DNA of 61,942 nucleotides, filler included, from Sluysia triapertura (Eukaryota), in the NCBI GenBank assembly GCA_046118255.1. It is 5 parts of 5 records of this genome, joined end to end, with 100 filler letters (N's around TTAATTAATTAA, not from the genome) between each part and the next. Parts side by side here need not be neighbours in the genome. Positions count along the whole stretch, not along the records: positions 35,303 to 49,910 come from JBJNIA010253525.1; positions 50,011 to 61,942 come from JBJNIA010155047.1; 3 more parts are not named here. One strand, given 5' to 3'. This document shows, one piece after another, positions 38,531 through 53,292 of the stretch (its first letter is position 1; every line of letters starts with the position of its first letter). Position numbers and translations under genes: made by a program. Under the pieces are notes generated by a model. The model was not told where the DNA came from. It did not search any database and saw nothing but the letters and a program-made list of their open reading frames with translations.

Positions 38531-41500
38531 TAATGACTTATAAAAAGTTTAATATTTAAATAATAAATAAATAAATAAATAAATAACTTAAATAAACAAT
38601 AGGAATTTATTCTTATTTAGTGAGGATCAAATATAACACCCAATGATTAATAACATGCTTCTTATTTCGTGCATTGGTTTAATTGTGAAGTGTTCATAAA
38701 TAAGAATGAAAACACGAAACCAATCAGTCACCCGATTTAATTGATTTAAATTTAATTTTAATTAATTTTCACTAATTAATTTTAATTCATCTATTTTTAA
38801 AATAATTGTCATGCTATTTTATTTTTGTTTATTTTAATTTTGTTATTCTCCATAATAACTAAACAGAATTCTACGATGTCATTCTTTGAGACTATAACGT
38901 GTTGCAACAAATTTTGAAAGATTTTAATAATTAATTAAAGTTTCAGTAATCTAAATTTAATTTAATAATATATTAATTTAACACACATTATTATTTATTA
39001 TGAAAGCGCTTTAAAATAAACCTTATAATATTTCTGAAGACGAAAGAACTTTATCTCCTTTTCAAATTTCACTGATTTGACATTCATTGGTAACTGTTTG
39101 TATATTTGAAATAAAAACGGTATGCAATCTGTCATGTTTTTTATTATTACTAATTAATCTTACAAAAGCACAATCATTTTGGTTTCCGCATTTTAATTAC
39201 TTCAAAAGGATTAATAACTTCCATTTAGATAGGTTACTTTTATATGAGATCCCCTTTTAATTAAAAAATATTTTTCTGGTGCATGTAGTATACTATTAGT
39301 TTTATTGTACTATTATTGATAAATATTTGACATTCTCTTCAATTAGTATGTACATTAAAATTTTCTTTCATGTTCATTTTTGAGATCATATATTATCCTA
39401 TGTTTTGCACTTTTATTTTCGCAACTAGAGCTTTGTGGTTGCTTTTATTACTGAAAATTATAAATTATGAATTTTTTCATTGATTTTCAAATATTTATTG
39501 TTAAACAATTTGGTCTATTAATTTTTTTAGATATAGTTTATTTCAAATTCGGTACAACCAAAAACGAATATTTTACTAAATCTGCAAATTTGTTAATGAA
39601 AATCTTAAAATTAATTTTATAATAAATTTAAAAAATTCATCATCATAAATTTAATTTATATTGATTTTATTAGAAATAAAGTTTATGAATTAAAAATATT
39701 AAATTCGAATATAGATAGAAATGATAAAATTTATTATTTTCTAAAATAATAAAGTTACTTGTGTAGTTTTGTGTATCATTTTAAGTCTAAAAATTATAAA
39801 ATTAATTTAACATTTATTAAATAAATAATATTTTATTTTGATTTAATTATTTTATTAATTAACGTAATATTATTTTGACAAAAACTAACTTTAATGAAAA
39901 CATATTGTACAATTAATTTTTAGATATGTTTATCATGATATTATTATAATAATAAATATTGTATCATAAATTAAAAATTATTATTATAGAAAAAATTTAA
40001 AAATGAAACAGTCCTCACGAATATTTAACAAAATATAATTGAAAGTCAAAACTCTATTGTTATAAAATGATAATTCAAAAAAAATGGAAATTTATTGTAT
40101 GTATAGATATTTTATTTCATTATATGGCTTTTAAATAACAAAAATTAATTAAAATTATTTTTTTGGTAAAACTTATTTTTGGATTGATTTTTAAATTAAT
40201 TTTGAAACCATTAAAAGTTTTTATTTATTAAATTTTATTGTCACATTAAATTCAAAATAATATTAACGCTTATTATATAATCGCATTGCGATTATATTTC
40301 ATCAATCATAAATTTTATAATTATCATTTAATACCTGTATTAAAATTATCTTCAAACAATGATGATGATGATGATGATGGTTAATAATAATGATAAATGT
40401 AATACTTCTGATATATTCATTTTTAATCATATTTAAAATTTTCTTTTTAAAGTTTGGTTTTAATGAAATAAAATAACTTCCTATTAGAGTAAACAAATAC
40501 GCATTGTTTATTATTTCAATATTTTATTTATTAATATAAACACGAAATGCAGTGCTGAAATTATAATTATAGTTTTTTATTAAAACTTATTAATACTTAA
40601 TGTGGATTTTGTTTGTAAAAAAAATTTTTGTAAGAAAATTGACTTTATCTAATTAAAGATACGACAAATTTGTAAGTTTCATGTGACAACTTTTAATTTA
40701 AAATAATATTGCGAAAAAATTTTGAAACAAAATATTTACTATAAAACTATTTGTAAGTTAAATTATAAAAAGTAACTATTAAGTAAATATGTAATTAAAA
40801 CAATTTTATACTTCAAAAATTACTACTTTGAAGCATTCATAAAAACATTCATCTTCAAATTGTATATCTTAAATTATTAAGTATAAATTAAACCAAATAA
40901 AGCAAAATTTAAGCTTTTTCTAAAAGCTACGTAAATGTTCACATAATCGAAAGATAGATTTTCTTCCAGAATATTGTATCTTACGAATATAACAAATATA
41001 ATAAACGTTACGAAATTATTTATGAAATATAGGCAATTATTTAACATTATTTAACAAAAAACAGTAAAAATGTTTGTATAAAATTTAAAAAATTTGTATA
41101 AAAATAAATATTCTTATATTACTATTTCAAAAATTTATATTTATTTATTATTCCTTTTAATTTAAAAATGTTTAAAAATAAAAAATAACTATTTTTTTTA
41201 TTATTTTAATATTTTTAAAAGAAATGTAATCAATGTATATAAATATTTGAATATTTAAATTTATAAACTTTAATAAAATATTTTAATTAAATAAAATCAG
41301 TTTTTGAAATATTACAAGACAAAAGAAGAAAACTTGTTTATTTTTGATCAAAAGTCTTTTTGTTTCTATGAGTTAATTAAACATTTTATTATTGAGTGTT
41401 ACCTATAACACAATTACTTTATTTATATTTATAAATTTTAATTTAAATTATATATTAAATAAATTAATAAATATTTTCTTAAAATGAGAATATATTACTA

Positions 41501-41796
41501 TATCCTTTACAAGTAGTAAGATTTTCTTTGATTATATGTCTATCATCAGAAATATAAATTGATAATTTTAATTTTATTATTTTTTAAAAATATTCCAAAA
41601 CGTAAATATGAAATGTCAAATTTTATAATAATAAAACGTACCTTTTTAATATACAAATTTTCTTATAACATCACACAGAGTATCTTGTAATCACAAAAAT
41701 TCCGAAAATATATAAGGCAAGAATATTTACTGCATATGTAAATTTTAAAATTCCTTTTGTATCCTATTTGTATTTTAGATAGAATTTCAAAATTAC

Positions 41797-41972
41797 GGAC
41801 TTTGAGAATACTCAGCAGAAGTTTATCGTCACATTTCACCAGAAGACAACTGGTACGTCGTATTTCATATGAAGCAGCAACCATTTCTTGTAAATCTGAT
41901 TCATTGTTTGGAATTTGTGGTGACAAAAACAAGGAATGATGTGAAGTATAGATATTGATGTTTATTACATAT
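41797..41972 (-). CDS. Candidate exon of an unidentified gene
   Basis: Acceptor ttttatttcag, open frame YVININIYTSHHSLFLSPQIPNNESDLQEMVAASYEIRRTSCLLVKCDDKLLLSILK, donor candidates gtccgt/gtaatt; GC-richer island in extremely AT-rich flanks. Confidence 0.35.
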
Positions 41973-42268
41973 CTGAAATAAAATTTGATGCACATTGATT
42001 ATTTTTATTGTCATTTCTTATAATAAATGTTGCGTTTTCTTTACTTTTGTAACTATTTTTTGAGTCAAAACAAATTAAATAATAAAATAAAATAAATAAT
42101 TACAAAATAATTAAATAATTACAAAAATTATTAATTAAATAAATAAAATAGCTTTATCAAAACTTATTAAGAGAATTATTTATATTTGCCACAAGCAGAA
42201 GACCAGCAGAGAAGATCAGAATTTAAAATTGTTACTAATTAAGTTTATAATATAAGTCAATAATAATT

Positions 42269-42270
<2 letters not shown>

Positions 42271-42314
<44 letters not shown>

Positions 42315-42413
42315 ACTTGTAGAATTTTATTTCAATGAAAATTAAGCTTTTTAATAAATATATCTGTCGTAAATCCCTTACAAAGTAAAATGCAATGTAT
42401 TACAAGAATTATA

Positions 42414-42465
<52 letters not shown>
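42271..42465. repeat. (AAT)n and (ATT)n microsatellites in inverted orientation
   Basis: Tracts at about 42271-42312 and 42416-42465. Confidence 0.9.
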
Positions 42466-45239
42466 GTTATATAACACACGAATATGTAACTTATTTAATA
42501 TAAAATTAATAAGAAAAACTTAGAAGAAATTCAATACATAATTTAATTGAGCATTAAATGTGTAATTAAACTATTGTGATATTTGATTTTCGAATATTAA
42601 ATATATATATTTTAAAGAATGCAAATTATTAGTCTTAATTATCCAAACTTGATATATTTAGAAGTGTTTTAAAACTTTATAATTTTAAAATACAATAATA
42701 ATGATAATTATTATTATTCATTATTAATTAATAATATTTTTATAATCTTTATCATAAATTTATCCAATCAAAATTTTTGATATTTGTATTAGGTGGAACA
42801 ATTATAATTATCTTTAACAAAGCAAATAGAAAACAATTTTAATTTATTTAATTTATTTCTGTTTGAAAAATATTTTCTAGTTTTGATATCATAGTGCTAT
42901 AATATATATTTGGTTAGTGTTTCATACTAATATTATAATATCGATATTACATTATTTTGCGCTTTTTTACAAAACATATAGTTTATCTATATTATGTATA
43001 TTTCTAGTATTATTTTATAAATTTTATTTTATTCATTTTTATAATTATTATTTTATTATATTAATATTTCGATTTTACTTTAACAATAATTAAAATAAAA
43101 TATATAAATAAATATAAATATACAAAATAAATATTTTAATTAATTTGTTGTATTTCTGATAAATTTTGAATACAATTAAAATATTGTTTTCTGAAAATAT
43201 TTATTTTTGATTTATGTTTAAAGACGATTACACATTAATCAATATTCAATCAATATGTAATGTACTTAAATGCTGTTTAATTATTATTTAAATTCTTTGT
43301 TTTTTGTATAATTTAAATATAAAAATATTTGTTTTCCATTACTTCATTGTTATATTTATCAGAAATTTTGTACTTTTATGATAACTTTAAATAATTTAAA
43401 CTTTATAAATTTTTTAAATTTTATAAATCATAAAATATTTTCATAAATAATTGATTTCATAAATTGATTTCATATTTTAAAATTATTTATAATTCATAAT
43501 TAGTTTTAATATTTAATATAATTTATTAATAATTTAAGTATGTTTGTCACAATTTTATTGATTTAATTTTCTACATCTGTCAATAATTTATTTCATTTTT
43601 AAATGTTTGAAAAATATGCAAAATATTATTTAATATAAAATATAATAAATATAATTTAAAAGGTAATAACCAAATAACATATTTCAATGAATAAAGTGAA
43701 GATTATTTAAATTATAATTATAATTAATTTTAATAATAATTTATTATTACAAAATAAGTTCATTATTTTAATTATATGATAATTATCATAGCAACAAAAC
43801 TAAGTTCATTATATAAAGTGAAACTAAAGTTAAATATTATAAAGTGTCATTTTAGATAAGATGTGACAAATAAACATTAAACAAAGCTATTTAAAACGTT
43901 TAATTAGATTCGGCATTTTAATTAATGATTTTATACAAAAGGTATAATTATTTTTAAATTTATTAAGATTTATTTAGTTTCTTATTAAATTTATTTGTAT
44001 GTATTTATTTTATTTTAATAAATCACTGAAACTAAATAAAATATTTCCGATTTTGTTTTAAATACATAAATTTTTAAGGAATTGATTTTTTGATTATTAT
44101 TTATCATCTAAGTAAATTAAATAAAAAGTAAAAATAAATTAATTTTATATATTTTGTTTAAGCATATCACTTATAAAATATAGTTCAATAAAAGAAAGTA
44201 ATAATAGCTTGTAGAAATTCTAAAGACTTAGTTTGATAAAGTTTATAAAAAATGAAGAAACATTAATAATTTGTAAAACATTAATTTACACTTTTAAAAC
44301 AAATTAAATTTAAAGCTAATATTATATTATTCTTGTTTTATTATTATATTTCAAAATATATTTTAAATAATATATGATGCTTCTTAAAAAATGTAACAAA
44401 AACACATTAAATGAGACTCATTATTCCAATAATATGTGAACCAATTGAATATTATAATTAAATTTTATTATTCGTATTTATAGAAAATTGAAACATATAA
44501 AACTAGAATAGAAATTTAGCTTTATAATAAAAGCGATATTAAAAATTATATTTATATTTTTATTGATTTGTTTAATAAAAATAAATTTATATTAGTTAAT
44601 TTTATTTTAATTAAACACTAATTTATCATAATAATTAATCATACTAATAAAATGTAAATATTGCTAGACAAATTTGTCGACTGAAATCATTAAAAATGCT
44701 TTCGTGATAGGAATTTATTATTCTAAATATAACTTTATAAATAATTATGTTACTAAATATATAAATGCAAAGTTTTAATAAAAAATGTAAACTAATTTTC
44801 ATTATAAGAAATATATCAATATTTAATGTGAAACAGAAAGATTTATCTTGAAAAATACTCTTTCAAATTGTCATACTAAATTTCTTAACAATACTGATTC
44901 TTTGTTTCTAGTCAGACATGAATTTGATCTACAAAAATAATAATAACTGTGTAACTTGTAATTTTATAAATTCTGAGTTAACCTTATTAAAAATTCCTAA
45001 TTAAATTTTTTGTTCAAAACTTTATTAAAAATTTGGATCAAACCAAGAACGAAAATCACATGTAAATAGAGTCGTTTTGATCTTTGCATGTGATGAGGTA
45101 ATGATACTGCAATATCATTTATAATTACTAAACGTGATTAAATGATTTTTAAAGAATATCATTTAAAAGTCATTCGATAAAGTTTATGAGATACTGAATT
45201 ATTGTTAATGAAAGAATTAATAAATAAAATTTATTAATA

Positions 45240-46260
45240 TATTCTGCTTGCGAAGAGAATTTACAAGATGCTGCATCTGCAGTGAAGTCATTCCTTAATA
45301 CTTGTACGATATCTTCCAAATGTCATGAATCATCTAATTATTAGTGTTACTTTTCGCAAATAGTGGAATTTGTATGTAAATGTTATGTTGATAATGACAA
45401 CAGAAAAAATCAAATTCTATACAATCATTCAACACCTCAACTGTAAAATTTGTAAGAAATCAATCCAATAAAGTTGTTTTAAATATCGACAGTTCTTTAA
45501 TATTTAGTTATTGTTTTGTTAGCTCAAGTTGCAATAAATTAATAATCGACTTTTATATGTCTGATGGCAGAAATAATTGTTTCCTTAAAAGAGCTATATG
45601 CAAGAATCAAAAAAACTCAGAAAGACCAAATCCACTAAACTATTATATTTTATTCTTTTGTTTTGTATAATTCATAGATCATAGTTCTTTAGTTATAAAT
45701 ACTTTGCTTTTTGTAGAAAAAATAAAGTTTTGTACCATTTCACATTGTTTAATAAAAATAAATTAAATTTTAAAACAATACTGACATTATTCATAAACCA
45801 ATCAAATTGGTCCTAAGGTTGAGATAATTCTTATAAATTTTATGTGATGATGTTTCATTAATTATCTTTATAAAGATTGAAAAAGAAAAAACAAGCACTA
45901 CTTAGAATGTAATTTTAATTTTCTACCAAGATTCAAGTTTCAACATAAAGAAACTTACACTTAAATTCTCATTTTTGAATTAATTCTTCATCAAAAGGCT
46001 ATCAATGATTACTGTAATTTATACCAAAGATACGCTGATAAGTATAAGTTCAAATCCAACGACATTAACATTCATATCATGATTCATAACCCTGATATTC
46101 TTCCAGGTTCAATAAAATCCACTGGATTTAATTTAAATTCATTAGAAATAAGTAAGATCAAAGTTAATGTACTACTTTATTGTATTGGTAATATTTCATG
46201 AATATACAATATCATCTTATAATTACTACTTCACCTAGTCGACAGACCATTTTCTATGAT
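45240..46260 (+). pseudogene. DEG/ENaC (amiloride-sensitive channel) family pseudogene
   Basis: Broken motifs in order: FLNTCT (pre-TM1), LLVLLFANSG (TM1-like), TVKIC..NPIK reconstructed across frameshifts (cf. AVTICNxNP), LECNFN, TYT (cf. CYTFN), RLSMITVI, IHIMIHNPDILP...GFNL (cf. IH...P...GF.V). Confidence 0.45.
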
Positions 46261-46689
46261 TATTGTCACCAAAGCAACATTCATTTGCAAAAAACGTTTT
46301 CGACAATAACCGAAAAAATTAGTTCCATAAGAAAAATGTTATAGAAAATTGGTCTCTTACTAGAACAGAAAAAATATTTCCTTTATTTAGTTTGAATATA
46401 GTTTTTAATGCATATTAAAGTAATGAAGTGTATTTATTACAATTTTTAATTTAAATTTAAATTACGTTTTTATAGAGGATCCTCTCTGTTCTTCAAACTG
46501 TTAATGAAATACTAGTTAAAACTTGTTTATAACAATAAATTTTACATTAAAAATTAGGAAATTATAGTTTAGAATACATTATAAAATTAAACTCAATTTT
46601 TGATTGATAAAATTATTAAAACCAAATCATTTTAGAGTAATTTTAAATTTTAAAATAAAAATAATAATTGTAGTAACATTTTTTATTAA

Positions 46690-46873
46690 CACTAGATTTA
46701 CCAGGAATTTTCCATACCTATTTATACCTATTTTTTTAAATATTATTTAATTAACAAAAAAATAAAAACACTTGCGAAATTAGTGCATTTAGTTTGTGTG
46801 GTAAAAGTCAAATATTGGTTTTTAAAATAAATATACAAATTTATATAGAATGACTGGTTTGGTAAATCTAGTG
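46690..46873. mobile_element. piggyBac-type MITE (184 bp)
   Basis: TTAA-CACTAGATTTACCA ... TGGTAAATCTAGTG-TTAA; perfect TIR and TTAA TSD. Confidence 0.9.
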
Positions 46874-47610
46874 TTAATTATTATTATTATAATTATTGTT
46901 CATTATATCTTAACACATCCTTTTTATGAATCTAGGTACAATATATTTCGAGCTTTAGATTTAAGTTAACTTAAGTTTAATTTAATATAGATTTAATGAA
47001 TTTTTATATCTAATTTATCATCCTATTATTTCAAAGATTAATGTCTAATTTTATTCAATATTTTATAAATTTATTAAACCAAAAATCAAAATAGAATATG
47101 TTGAACTAAATTCATCTTTAACAGCACAATTCAATATCAATACAATAATTAAAATCTTAAACAGTTATGATAACAATAACCTTTGCGTTATTGTTTAAAA
47201 CTATACTCGAAAATAAGTTACATTATTAACACTATAGTTAATCAGTTTAAACAAATAAAACATTTTTCTCATATCTCAATAAAGCTTTTTGTGTTAAGCA
47301 TTAAAATTAGGCTTTTTTCTCTTTTTTTATATACAGTTTCGACAAAAAGTTTGTAGCAAGGTATTCAAACAAACAGAATAAAAAAGACTTTGCCAATATA
47401 TATAATTATTAAATTAAAATAATAGTTTATATTTTAAAATAACGTATTGTATTATGAAGATAATGATATTATGTCTTATTATAGAGTTATCTGTATTTGT
47501 TTTAAATATTTTGTACTCTGTTATCAACGTTTTCTCGCTAGTGTAACTCCATAAATACAATTGTTTCTATTGATAGTAATATATATTATATATTTAGATT
47601 TACCATTCAG

Positions 47611-47764
47611 TATTGAATTACGCCAAGAAAATCCTTACTTTCCTAATGGTGATTTGTTAGCTTATTTCGATTCAGCAGTGTCTGATATTTTATATATTGA
47701 AGTTAACACGTGCTCCACAATATCAGCACGTGATCTGTTGATGATACGAGCTTTTTGCTTTCCA
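47611..47764 (+). CDS. Candidate exon of an unidentified gene
   Basis: ccattcag|T IELRQENPYFPNGDLLAYFDSAVSDILYIEVNTCSTISARDLLMIRAFCFP |gtacgc; open and GC-richer than flanks. Confidence 0.35.
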
Positions 47765-49910
47765 GTACGCATTATTTTGTTATAATAATTATTATTATAA
47801 TCAATTATTAGTAGTACTAATGTTTTATTATGTAACATTAATTTCCTTAATAAAATTTAAATTCTAATTAATAATATAATTATAAAATTATAGTTATATA
47901 ATTAAGAAAGTATTTTAAAGAACTGTTACATTGAAAAACTCTTCATAAAAATTGACCTTTTTTGAAAAAAAACAGCAAAAACAATCAATTTTTTTATTTA
48001 AGAAAACACATTTTACAACCTTGTTTTGGCAAAAAGTATAAAAACAATCAAAATTTTAATTGTAATTTTGAATTTTCATTCACATTGCAGATAAGAGTCG
48101 AACAATGCAATCGACTTTTTTATTTTTCTTTTTGAATTGCTGTTTCGAAAAAACACATATTTTTATCAGTAAAAATATTCATTTATACTTTTTCAACAGA
48201 AATAATAATAATGGTAGTAGTATTTATTTTAAAAAATTATTCAAAATTCGAAGCAAGGTGCAGCACATACAGTCCAACATTGCCATAATAATGATAATAA
48301 TAATTTAAATAATAGAAAACATACTAATTGTATAAATATCCAATATACGCAATTTTATTTTCTGTAATCACAAAATAACCAACGCTTATTTTTTTCAACT
48401 TTACAACACTTAGGCAAATATTGAACTAAACTATTATATAATACAAGGGAAACAAATATTTGACATTTCATGACTAAATGTCAAAATATAAGAAACAATG
48501 GACTTTAAATAAATTCACGAAATAGCAAAATGATAAATATCAATAAAACACACACACACCCTCAAATTATATTAATCCAATAAGATGTGTTATAAAATAA
48601 ATTAGAGATTGAATTCTCATCACGGGCCATTTTAGGTTTTAAGTAAGCTTTCCTAATTCAACAATTGAAAAATTAAATTTTCAAATTTACCACTACGTAA
48701 TTTACTAATATTAAAATGATTTTGAACATCTCAATAAAGACTAGCACTAAGTGTTATTGTGTCGTGTTTATTGTATCTAGCTTTTACAGTAAACACAAAA
48801 TAAGAATTAAAATGTAGCATTTCTAGCCTTACCAATAGAGGAGACTAATAACGATTAACAACTAATAACGATGTAGTGACCAATTATAATAAATTATATA
48901 ATAAATTATAATTAAATTTATAGAATTTGATGTATTATTAATAAAAATCAACGTCCCTAATGTTATACTGTATATTAAGCGATAGAATATATCAGTAAAA
49001 CCGAATAAAATTTTATTAAAAAATTAGTTTCTGGATTTATAACACTCGATGTGCAAACAAATATTTTGAAAACTCAATTATATTGTATTTTAACCCATAT
49101 AAAGTCTGATTTTAGTTTCTTTAGCTTAAGATTTCAAAGTATCGTCACAAATTACCAAAACAGTAGACATTTCAAGTGACTCAGAACTGATCAAAGAGAA
49201 TAAATTAGTAAAAAAAAGAATAAAATCAATTTGGAAATGAAACAACTCATAATTTATTGCAGAATCTTAAATGCTTAAATTTTATATCATGAGTGTTACT
49301 AGATGTTTTTGAATTCATTCCAAAGTTAGGAAGAATGACCCAGAAAGAATAGAAATAGCTTTTATAAAGGTCATTTCCGTTGAAGATATTATGTATCTAA
49401 GTAAGCAATTATTTGAAGAGGTAGTACAGAAAAAAGAATCGTAGTTGAAAGTAAAGTTGAAAAAAAGAACTTTGACTTTAAAAAAAGTAAAGTAAAATTT
49501 GCTATAAGAATAATAAAGAACAACTACATTGGAAAAAGCAAATCAATAAACGTTGTGGTAAAAGCAAGTAATAACCAGAAAAGTAGATCACGTACAATTT
49601 CTTCAAATTTATGAAATAAATTCTCCAAAGCCAATAATAAAGAATATGAAATATGAAACCATAACACACAAATCATAAACACAATCATAGGCAAGCATCC
49701 AACTTCAATGCAATCTAATACAAAACATCAAATCAACGAACAATATACATAAAACACAAACACAATCTTTATAATATTTCACACTTAATAGTAATAGTTT
49801 ATTTTGTAAAATTTAACTTTATTATTAAAATTATTGTTAACATTATTGTTGTGTTATTGTTATTTCTTGATTTACTAATTTTATATTTTCTGACACTTGT
49901 TGGTAATATT

Positions 49911-50010
49911 NNNNNNNNNNNNNNNNNNNNNNNNNNNNNNNNNNNNNNNNNNNNTTAATTAATTAANNNNNNNNNNNNNNNNNNNNNNNNNNNNNNNNNN
50001 NNNNNNNNNN
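49911..50010. other. Artificial contig linker
   Basis: 44N-TTAATTAATTAA-44N. Confidence 0.97.
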
Positions 50011-51380
50011 ATAAAGATATGACTGTTGAGAAAATGGTATTTTAATAAAGTTGGATTTTATGATTATGAGTTTTAAATTGAGGTTACTAATGTTGACTAC
50101 TACAGGAATTATTAAGTTTTATTGTCAATGATTATTAAATAATACAATATAAATAGAGTTAATTCAGAATAGATCATTACTAAGTATCTTAGATATCAGC
50201 CTCTAAATATATTTGTAAACGACTTGATTTTGTCGATTCAACTCTTATGTAATTTAAATAAAATTGGCATATATAAGTCCAAAATATATTCGTAAATTGA
50301 ATAATGTATTGAAACCAAAATTTTGTGAAGAGTTGTTTTGAGGGTTTATACGTAGTACTGAAAATAAATTTGTTTGATTCAAAACTGACCAAGCTAATAA
50401 ACTGATTATATTATATATGATTTATTATCCAAATCATATTATTTGAATTATCCAATCGATTTCGAATAACATTTTGATGAATTTTTTGGATTTATCGTAA
50501 TTTCGCATCGTTACCTTTCAAATTAATCAATGCGTACATGAGAAAACCGATTATATATTTATTGCAATTAAAAATAATTAGTTTTAATAATATATTCATA
50601 AATTATCAGATATCAAAATACAAATCATGTGACTTGTTTTGAGATTACATTTAATTAGAACAATTTATTAGTTCATGTTAAGTTTGTGAGATTATTATTA
50701 TTTGTCTTTACGTTAAGTATGTTGTTTCCTTTTTGTTTAGTATTTGTAAAGTAACTCTAATGTTAATATTTTTTAAAAATGTTTATTTTTGATTTTCTTT
50801 ACATATTATAACTAATAATTATGCTAGATTTTTAATGAACATTTAAATCAAATTCAAATTGAAGATAAATTATTGTTAATAAAATTATATGAAAATAAAT
50901 GATGCACTTTAGATATGTTAATTTAAATGGGTATTACCAGATATTCATGAAAAAATTCGATTTGTTAACTAAAAGACGATTCTTCAACGTTTTTTGTTAA
51001 TTCTTTTGTGGGGTGGTTCATTACACTACCTGCGACTTTATTCCTAATAAAATAAAAAATTGTAAAAAAAACATTTGATATAAGCTCAACACATTAAAAT
51101 TTTAAAGCTTCCCGGGCTAAATTTGTCGAACTTATTTTACATCTTAAAAATATCACTCTGTAGCATTCCATTTCACTCAAACATATTTATCTTAAATTAT
51201 CTTATATGCAACATCTCATCTTATTATATTCAATATTACGTTATACTTTAACAATCTAAATAATTAATTTACATCATTAAGTAGTTGTTTAAAACAATAG
51301 TTCGAAATTAGTAATAATAGCAAAAATGTATTATACATTAAATTAAAATCTTTGTCCAACGAATGAGTTTTGATTGCCGT

Positions 51381-51830
51381 TCAAAAGGACTGCTGTTCGT
51401 CATCATTTACCAGAGTAGAATTTGCAGGAAGAACCGGAACATGGGCTGGAGCAGGCAGAGTGATTCTTGGCTGACGGATTTCTGGGTACCAGGACAATAT
51501 GTGATTGATATAAATTCTATAAGACATTTTAAGCATTGCAATAGAAATGTCTACCAGCAAATTGTTTACTGACGATTTACTGAATTTGCAAGTCTTATGG
51601 AAATTAACGTTATCAGGGTTCATTGTGCCAATAACCGGCCTTATGCCTGACGATTTTGCTAAGCTGTTGGAAGAATGGTGAATATTTCAGAGAGCTTTCC
51701 TTATGAATATCTGAAGAAGTCTCGATTTTATCAAACGGTGTTTTAACATCAATAAGAAAGTAGCAATCATTGTACGAGAATAGTAAGTCAGGCCGTTGAA
51801 CTGTAGTGTGAGATTCAGTGAAATTCACGG
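51381..51830 (-). mobile_element. 3' end of an RLE-type non-LTR retrotransposon (NeSL/Utopia/R2 group): restriction-like endonuclease
   Basis: QRPDLLF...FLIDVKTPFD...SLKY (PD..D..K.KY motif), then after a frameshift NPDN...LKMSYRIYINH, typical of NeSL-group C-termini. Confidence 0.8.
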
Positions 51831-52902
51831 TCAAATAAATATAAATCATTAGCTGAATTTGTTAATTAATTTGCACTTATCAAATCAATATGAAGCTCAT
51901 TTTATATGTCTTTGGACTGTGTATTACATATTTTACAATCAAAAGACGTAATGTAAATGCACTGTATTAATACAAAGAACCTAAACTTAAATATCTTTAC
52001 ATCAAAAAACAACATAACTTGATTCACTGAAACTCTTTAAGATATACAATCACATTACTAAGACATTTTAGTCTCATTGTATTGTTAACAATCTTATAAA
52101 ACAGTGATATTTTCGAATGGTATTTTTAGGCCGTATTTTTAGAAAAATTGTTCATTTTCTGGTTGTTGTGCGCAGAGTAAAGAATATATTGAATCAAAAA
52201 GGAGTCCAAAGTTTTGACTTAAGAGGAACTTCGGTTATATATAATTTGTGCATGAAGTAATAAAATTATGTACTACAAATGGCATTGTAATTTTGTATGC
52301 ATATGGAATAATTTCACTGATGATAATTTCAAAGATTGCGAGAAAATTATTGCTATTATGAATTGTGACGTAGACTTTAGTATTATCGGATCTTAACTTA
52401 TATTTGTGAATATGTCGTTGGGAAAAATTATAATAAACACTGATTGATACGTGGTGAGAACTTTTTATGGGTATTACTTTAAGGTTATACAATAATTTAA
52501 CTTCAAAAGTTTTAATTGAAGTGTAAAATCATTCTGCAGTTTAGTGTTACAAGTGGAATCGTAAAGGACTATATTTATAGTTACATGTTGCAATTTCTTT
52601 GAAATACTTTTGTATCTAACAACTTAACATAGAGTAATATGACAAAAGTTTACTTTAGTTTCTACATCCAATTGTATGTCCTTCGTAATTGATTTTAAAA
52701 AATATATCAAATTAACTTGAATTCTACTAGGCACTTTACTTTTAAATTTTGTCTCAACACAAAAAAACTAATTAATGTATTTATTATATAAATCAACTTT
52801 ATCAGGTACCTGCATTGAGGATCTTTCGTCATGTTACGTCATTCTGCCAAAGAAGCCTTTTTCAATTAGTTTGCCAATGTTTGGAACTTCATCATTAAAA
52901 TT

Positions 52903-53016
52903 CAATCCTCGCAAAATGACATGCAATTTATGCGTATCTGCTTCCATCAACGTTTGCACAATATAAAGATCTTTCATATCTTTTCTATTTTCAGTAGGTA
53001 AAATTATAATATCAAA
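52903..53016 (-). pseudogene. ERK-type MAP kinase fragment embedded in an apparently unrelated ORF
   Basis: FDIIILPTENRKDMKDLYIVQTLMEADTHKLH-VILRGL vs ERK [28 protein letters not shown]...QILRGL. Confidence 0.75.
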
Positions 53017-53213
53017 AAAGTTCAAATTTAAAATGCATAAATATTCTAATCGGATGATAAATTCCTCGGTAATATTTTTTATACTCTCAAGGTTAGGTTC
53101 ATTCTTGTCCAAAATCACTTTTGTGGTGGCCCAAGTTATTACCCATGATTTCATTACATCTTAAACATGTTCTTACCACTATTGCTCTTTTAAGTCATTT
53201 TTTACGTCAACCA

Positions 53214-53291
<78 letters not shown>
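53214..53291. repeat. (AAT)n microsatellite
   Basis: About 26 units. Confidence 0.95.
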
Positions 53292-53292
<1 letters not shown>

